A stretch of 32,000 nucleotides of DNA from Aeropyrum pernix K1 (GTDB taxonomy: Archaea > Thermoproteota > Thermoprotei_A > Sulfolobales > Acidilobaceae), in NCBI RefSeq assembly GCF_000011125.1, contig NC_000854.2:990001-1022000 (forward strand), given 5' to 3'. Below, one piece after another: positions 29,280-32,000 of the stretch. Both the position numbers and the translations under genes were made by a program. The notes under the pieces are model-generated. The model was not told the origin of the DNA, made no database searches, and worked only from the letters and a program-made list of their open reading frames with translations. The first letter of the stretch is position 1. Every line of letters starts with the position of its first letter.

Positions 29280-29532
29280 CGGGGGCTGCGGTTTGGAGGA
29301 GAAGGCCGCCGCCATAGTTGAGAGGCTCCTCGAGCTGAACCCATATCTGGAGGTGGTGGTTGAGGCCTCGGGCAGCACTGCCAGGGTCCTCGTCAGGGAA
29401 GACTGCGGGGATGCCTGCGGCCTGGAGGAGTGGAAGCTCCATTTGAGCCTGGAAGCCTCTAGGCTGGGGCTGAGGATAAGATCCTACAGCGAGAGAGGCG
29501 GCTGGAGCATTGTCGAGCTAGCATGTGGTTAG
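29242..29532 (+). CDS. Hypothetical protein; true start probably downstream, overlapping the HAD gene end
   Basis: LEEKAAAIVERLLELNPYLEVVVEASGSTARVLVREDCGDACGLEEWKLHLSLEASRLG; plausible coding composition. Confidence 0.5.
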   Translation: MPGVSASSAEGGSGGCGLEEKAAAIVERLLELNPYLEVVVEASGSTARVLVREDCGDACGLEEWKLHLSLEASRLGLRIRSYSERGGWSIVELACG

Positions 29533-30326
29533 GCCCTGAACATCCTCCTCACATCCATGCCTAGAAGATCCTTGTAAGCCCTGCTGAGCGGCGAGGCGCC
29601 CACAACTATCTCCTCAAGGTCCTCGCTGGTGAGGCGGCAGGCGCTCCACCCCCTCTCTATGTTGAGGAGGTAGAACCTCGTCCCATCCCTCCTCATTATC
29701 CACCATAGCGCCGCTGTGGCCATGCCCAGGGGGATGAATGTTAGTGGGCCGAAGAGGAGGGGTGCAACAATATATCCTGGGATTAGGAGTGCGAAGCCCG
29801 CCCCATAAAGCTTCATCCTAAACTCGTACCTCCTTATCTCTTCCTCGATAGCAGGGTCCACGCTGCACGGTCTCGAAGCCTCCCTAAGTATAGCGGTGGC
29901 CAGGTCCACAAGGCTCCCGAGGCTCGGCCTCCTAACATAGCGCCAGATGGATGTGAGAAGCCCGGCGAGCCCGTAAACACTGCCTTCATAGCTCTTCAGA
30001 CGGCCAGAGATGAGAGGCTCCAGCGGCCTCCTCGCAATCCCCTCAATCTCCTCCTCCGGCAGCATGCTCACAATAACTTTGGAAACATCGTCGAACACCC
30101 TGCAACAGTCTCCCTCACGCCTCGCCTCATAAACCCTCTCCGCCATAAATATGGCTGCCTGCTGCCCGCCCATGCCGGAACCGTCCCCGAGGACAGGCCT
30201 CTCAGCTCCGAATCCGGTGGATAGGCCTAGGCTGGAGCAGCGGGACAGCTTGCACAGTAGGCGTGACAGCCTAGAGGCCTCGAACCCCTCAAACCTGCCT
30301 TGCCTTCTCCGCTGCTGCCTGGACAA
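29529..30326 (-). CDS. Hypothetical membrane protein
   Basis: Central hydrophobic FALLIPGYIVAPLLFGPLTFIPLGMATAALWWIM; 265 aa. Confidence 0.65.
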   Translation of the reverse strand: MSRQQRRRQGRFEGFEASRLSRLLCKLSRCSSLGLSTGFGAERPVLGDGSGMGGQQAAIFMAERVYEARREGDCCRVFDDVSKVIVSMLPEEEIEGIARRPLEPLISGRLKSYEGSVYGLAGLLTSIWRYVRRPSLGSLVDLATAILREASRPCSVDPAIEEEIRRYEFRMKLYGAGFALLIPGYIVAPLLFGPLTFIPLGMATAALWWIMRRDGTRFYLLNIERGWSACRLTSEDLEEIVVGASPLSRAYKDLLGMDVRRMFRA

Positions 30327-30978
30327 TAGATAACACCTCCTCCACCACCGGCCCGAAGGAGTCGGGCCTCGGAGACGCTACCGCGAGGACGAGTCTTCTG
30401 CTGGGGACAATAGAGACCCGGAAAACGGCTCCAAGGCGGGCAAGCCTACCCCACAACTCTCTTGCCACGGCCAGTGCATCCCCTTCCGTGGCATAGGCCT
30501 CCGCAGCAAGGTCCGGCAGCTTCAGCCTCTGCAGCTTCCTCCTTAGGGGGCTCTGTTTAACATCCTTCTCAACAAGCTGGACAACGTCTATCCCACCACG
30601 CCTGTATATGTGGGCTTCGCCCCTGACGCCCAGCGAGTCTCTCGCCTCAACAGCGACTTCCAGCTTCTCACGCCTCCTGAATAGTATTATTATGGGGAGG
30701 TAGAAGAAGGCGTGGTACGGTGGAGTTGTGTAGGTTATGTACACCTTCTTTATGGGCCCCCTGTTGACCCAGTACTCCGCTGTAAACCCTACTAGATAGC
30801 CGTGCACCACATACCTCCTGTCACGGGGCTTGACGATCTGCTCGAAAAGCTTGACGAGGCTCGACTGCCTCCTGATCATCCTCTTCCTAACCTGGAAGAA
30901 CCAGGCCACGCTGGGTAGAGCAGCAAGTATTAGCACCACTATTGCGTTAGCTAGAGTCTCCCCGGTTATCTCCACCAA
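30289..30978 (-). CDS. Hypothetical protein with an N-terminal transmembrane segment
   Basis: LANAIVVLILAALPSVAWFFQVRKRMIRRQ; its C-terminus overlaps the next gene, suggesting co-transcription. Confidence 0.6.
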   Translation of the reverse strand: MVEITGETLANAIVVLILAALPSVAWFFQVRKRMIRRQSSLVKLFEQIVKPRDRRYVVHGYLVGFTAEYWVNRGPIKKVYITYTTPPYHAFFYLPIIILFRRREKLEVAVEARDSLGVRGEAHIYRRGGIDVVQLVEKDVKQSPLRRKLQRLKLPDLAAEAYATEGDALAVARELWGRLARLGAVFRVSIVPSRRLVLAVASPRPDSFGPVVEEVLSIVQAAAEKARQV

Positions 30979-31098
30979 ACCCGCCTCACACCCTCTACAG
31001 GGGGTGTCCGCCCTGAGGCGTACGAGGGCTCCAGCCAGACACCCTAATTAAAGTGTGTTGCCTTCGAAGGTTTAACACTTGTTTTGGGATTCCATGAA

Positions 31099-32000
31099 CT
31101 AGGCCTCTGCAGTAGTGTAGTTTTTCAAAGCGTTCTCGAAGAGCCTGGCATCGCCGGCACCAACCCTTGCCCCGGCGATTCTCAATCTCCCGGGTAGCTT
31201 CTTCTCTATCTCCTCAGGCGGTATAGCCTCTACCTTCAAAGCCTCCTCCTCACCAGCGGCTTTAGCGGTGAGCCGCGAGAGTGTAGACCTAAGTTTCTCC
31301 GCCGCCTCCCCGGGGCTCATGTCCCCCGGGAGTACCGTGGCGTATGCTACTGAGTATCTCGAGACGGCCTCCTCGCTGCCAGCCACTATATAGGGTACAT
31401 CCTTGTGCATAACTATTCCGAGGGCAAGCTTCAGTGGGACATGGTGTATGTAGTTCCTCTTCCCATATACCATGAACGCGCCTCGTGCTAGATACTCTCC
31501 GGCGGGGGGACTCTTTGAAACCTGGCTCCCGTAGACCCAGTAGACGCTCACGCCCCCGGCTCCAGCCTTCCAGGCCCTGCTGTACGCGGCCGCCAGCACA
31601 GCAGCATCATATATGTCATCATCGCCCGGTTGGAGCCTTCTCGTGAGCAGCACAGTCGCCGGCGCCCCATGTATATCCGCGTGGAGGAAAATGTCGTCAT
31701 CCCCCAGGTACCTCTTCACCACACTCTCATTCTGCCCGGCATCCCTCCCACCTATGGCTAGAAAGCCGTTCCTGGTTATCGTCCAATGGTACTTCTCAAA
31801 CCAGAATCTCTTCCGCCCCTCAATAATCCTCCTCAGACTCCTGAGCCTGGCCCTCCTAACAGCCTCCTCCAGCCTAGACCTGGCCTCTGCAAATGCCTTC
31901 TCAGCCCTCTCAGCCTTAGCCTCGAGCTCCCCCGCCTCCCGGTAGAGCCTTAGAATCAGCTTGCCCGCGTCTTCACCCCGCTGCGCCGCCACCCTCAAGC
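31099..32000 (-). CDS. NFACT-family protein (RqcH/FbpA/NEMF-like), C-terminal part; 5' end beyond the window edge
   Basis: KRFWFEKYHWTITRNGFLAIGGRDAGQNESVVKRYLGDDDIFLHADIHGAPATVLL...AAVLAAAYSRAWKAG...VYWVYGSQVSKSPPAGEYLARGAFMVYGKRNYI: NFACT-R domain. Confidence 0.95.
   Translation of the reverse strand, partial: LRVAAQRGEDAGKLILRLYREAGELEAKAERAEKAFAEARSRLEEAVRRARLRSLRRIIEGRKRFWFEKYHWTITRNGFLAIGGRDAGQNESVVKRYLGDDDIFLHADIHGAPATVLLTRRLQPGDDDIYDAAVLAAAYSRAWKAGAGGVSVYWVYGSQVSKSPPAGEYLARGAFMVYGKRNYIHHVPLKLALGIVMHKDVPYIVAGSEEAVSRYSVAYATVLPGDMSPGEAAEKLRSTLSRLTAKAAGEEEALKVEAIPPEEIEKKLPGRLRIAGARVGAGDARLFENALKNYTTAEA

Noticed and set aside
30999-31022. ACACCCTC-TACA-GGGGGTGT hairpin
   Set aside because: Strong only as plus-strand RNA, yet neighbouring genes are on the minus strand; no sign of a plus-strand transcript ending here.

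Overview
The window is chromosomal DNA from a hyperthermophilic crenarchaeon. It is high-GC, uses frequent GTG/TTG starts, and matches my recollection of Aeropyrum pernix (the O-phosphoserine sulfhydrylase reads like A. pernix CysO). Most of it is ordinary core genome. Left to right: a partial ATP-dependent RNA ligase, a DsrE-like protein, UbiA/UbiD, tRNA-Thr(GGT), a five-gene oligopeptide ABC transporter operon, a CBS-domain protein plus CysO, a short accessory patch, acylphosphatase, cysS, a ThiF/MoeB-like E1, intron-containing tRNA-Arg(TCT), archaeal AdoMet synthetase, a DUF460-type protein, Rio2 kinase, an ArsR-like HTH protein, pyrG, a NagD-like HAD phosphatase, membrane proteins and a partial NFACT/RqcH homologue. 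I found no CRISPR array, transposase or clear novel defence system. The best signals missing from the ORF track are in the accessory patch (17.26-18.87 kb). These are a multiply-broken acyl-CoA dehydrogenase pseudogene, a frameshifted PEP-synthase (PPDK_N) fragment, and a complete VapBC-like pair (58-aa antitoxin unlisted) bracketed by a 14-bp direct repeat. Other items for follow-up are a 540-aa protein with a degenerate P-loop-like N-terminus, the CBS-pair/CysO pairing, an unusually long DppC-type permease, and a hairpin-rich AT-rich intergenic region at 6.8-7.15 kb.
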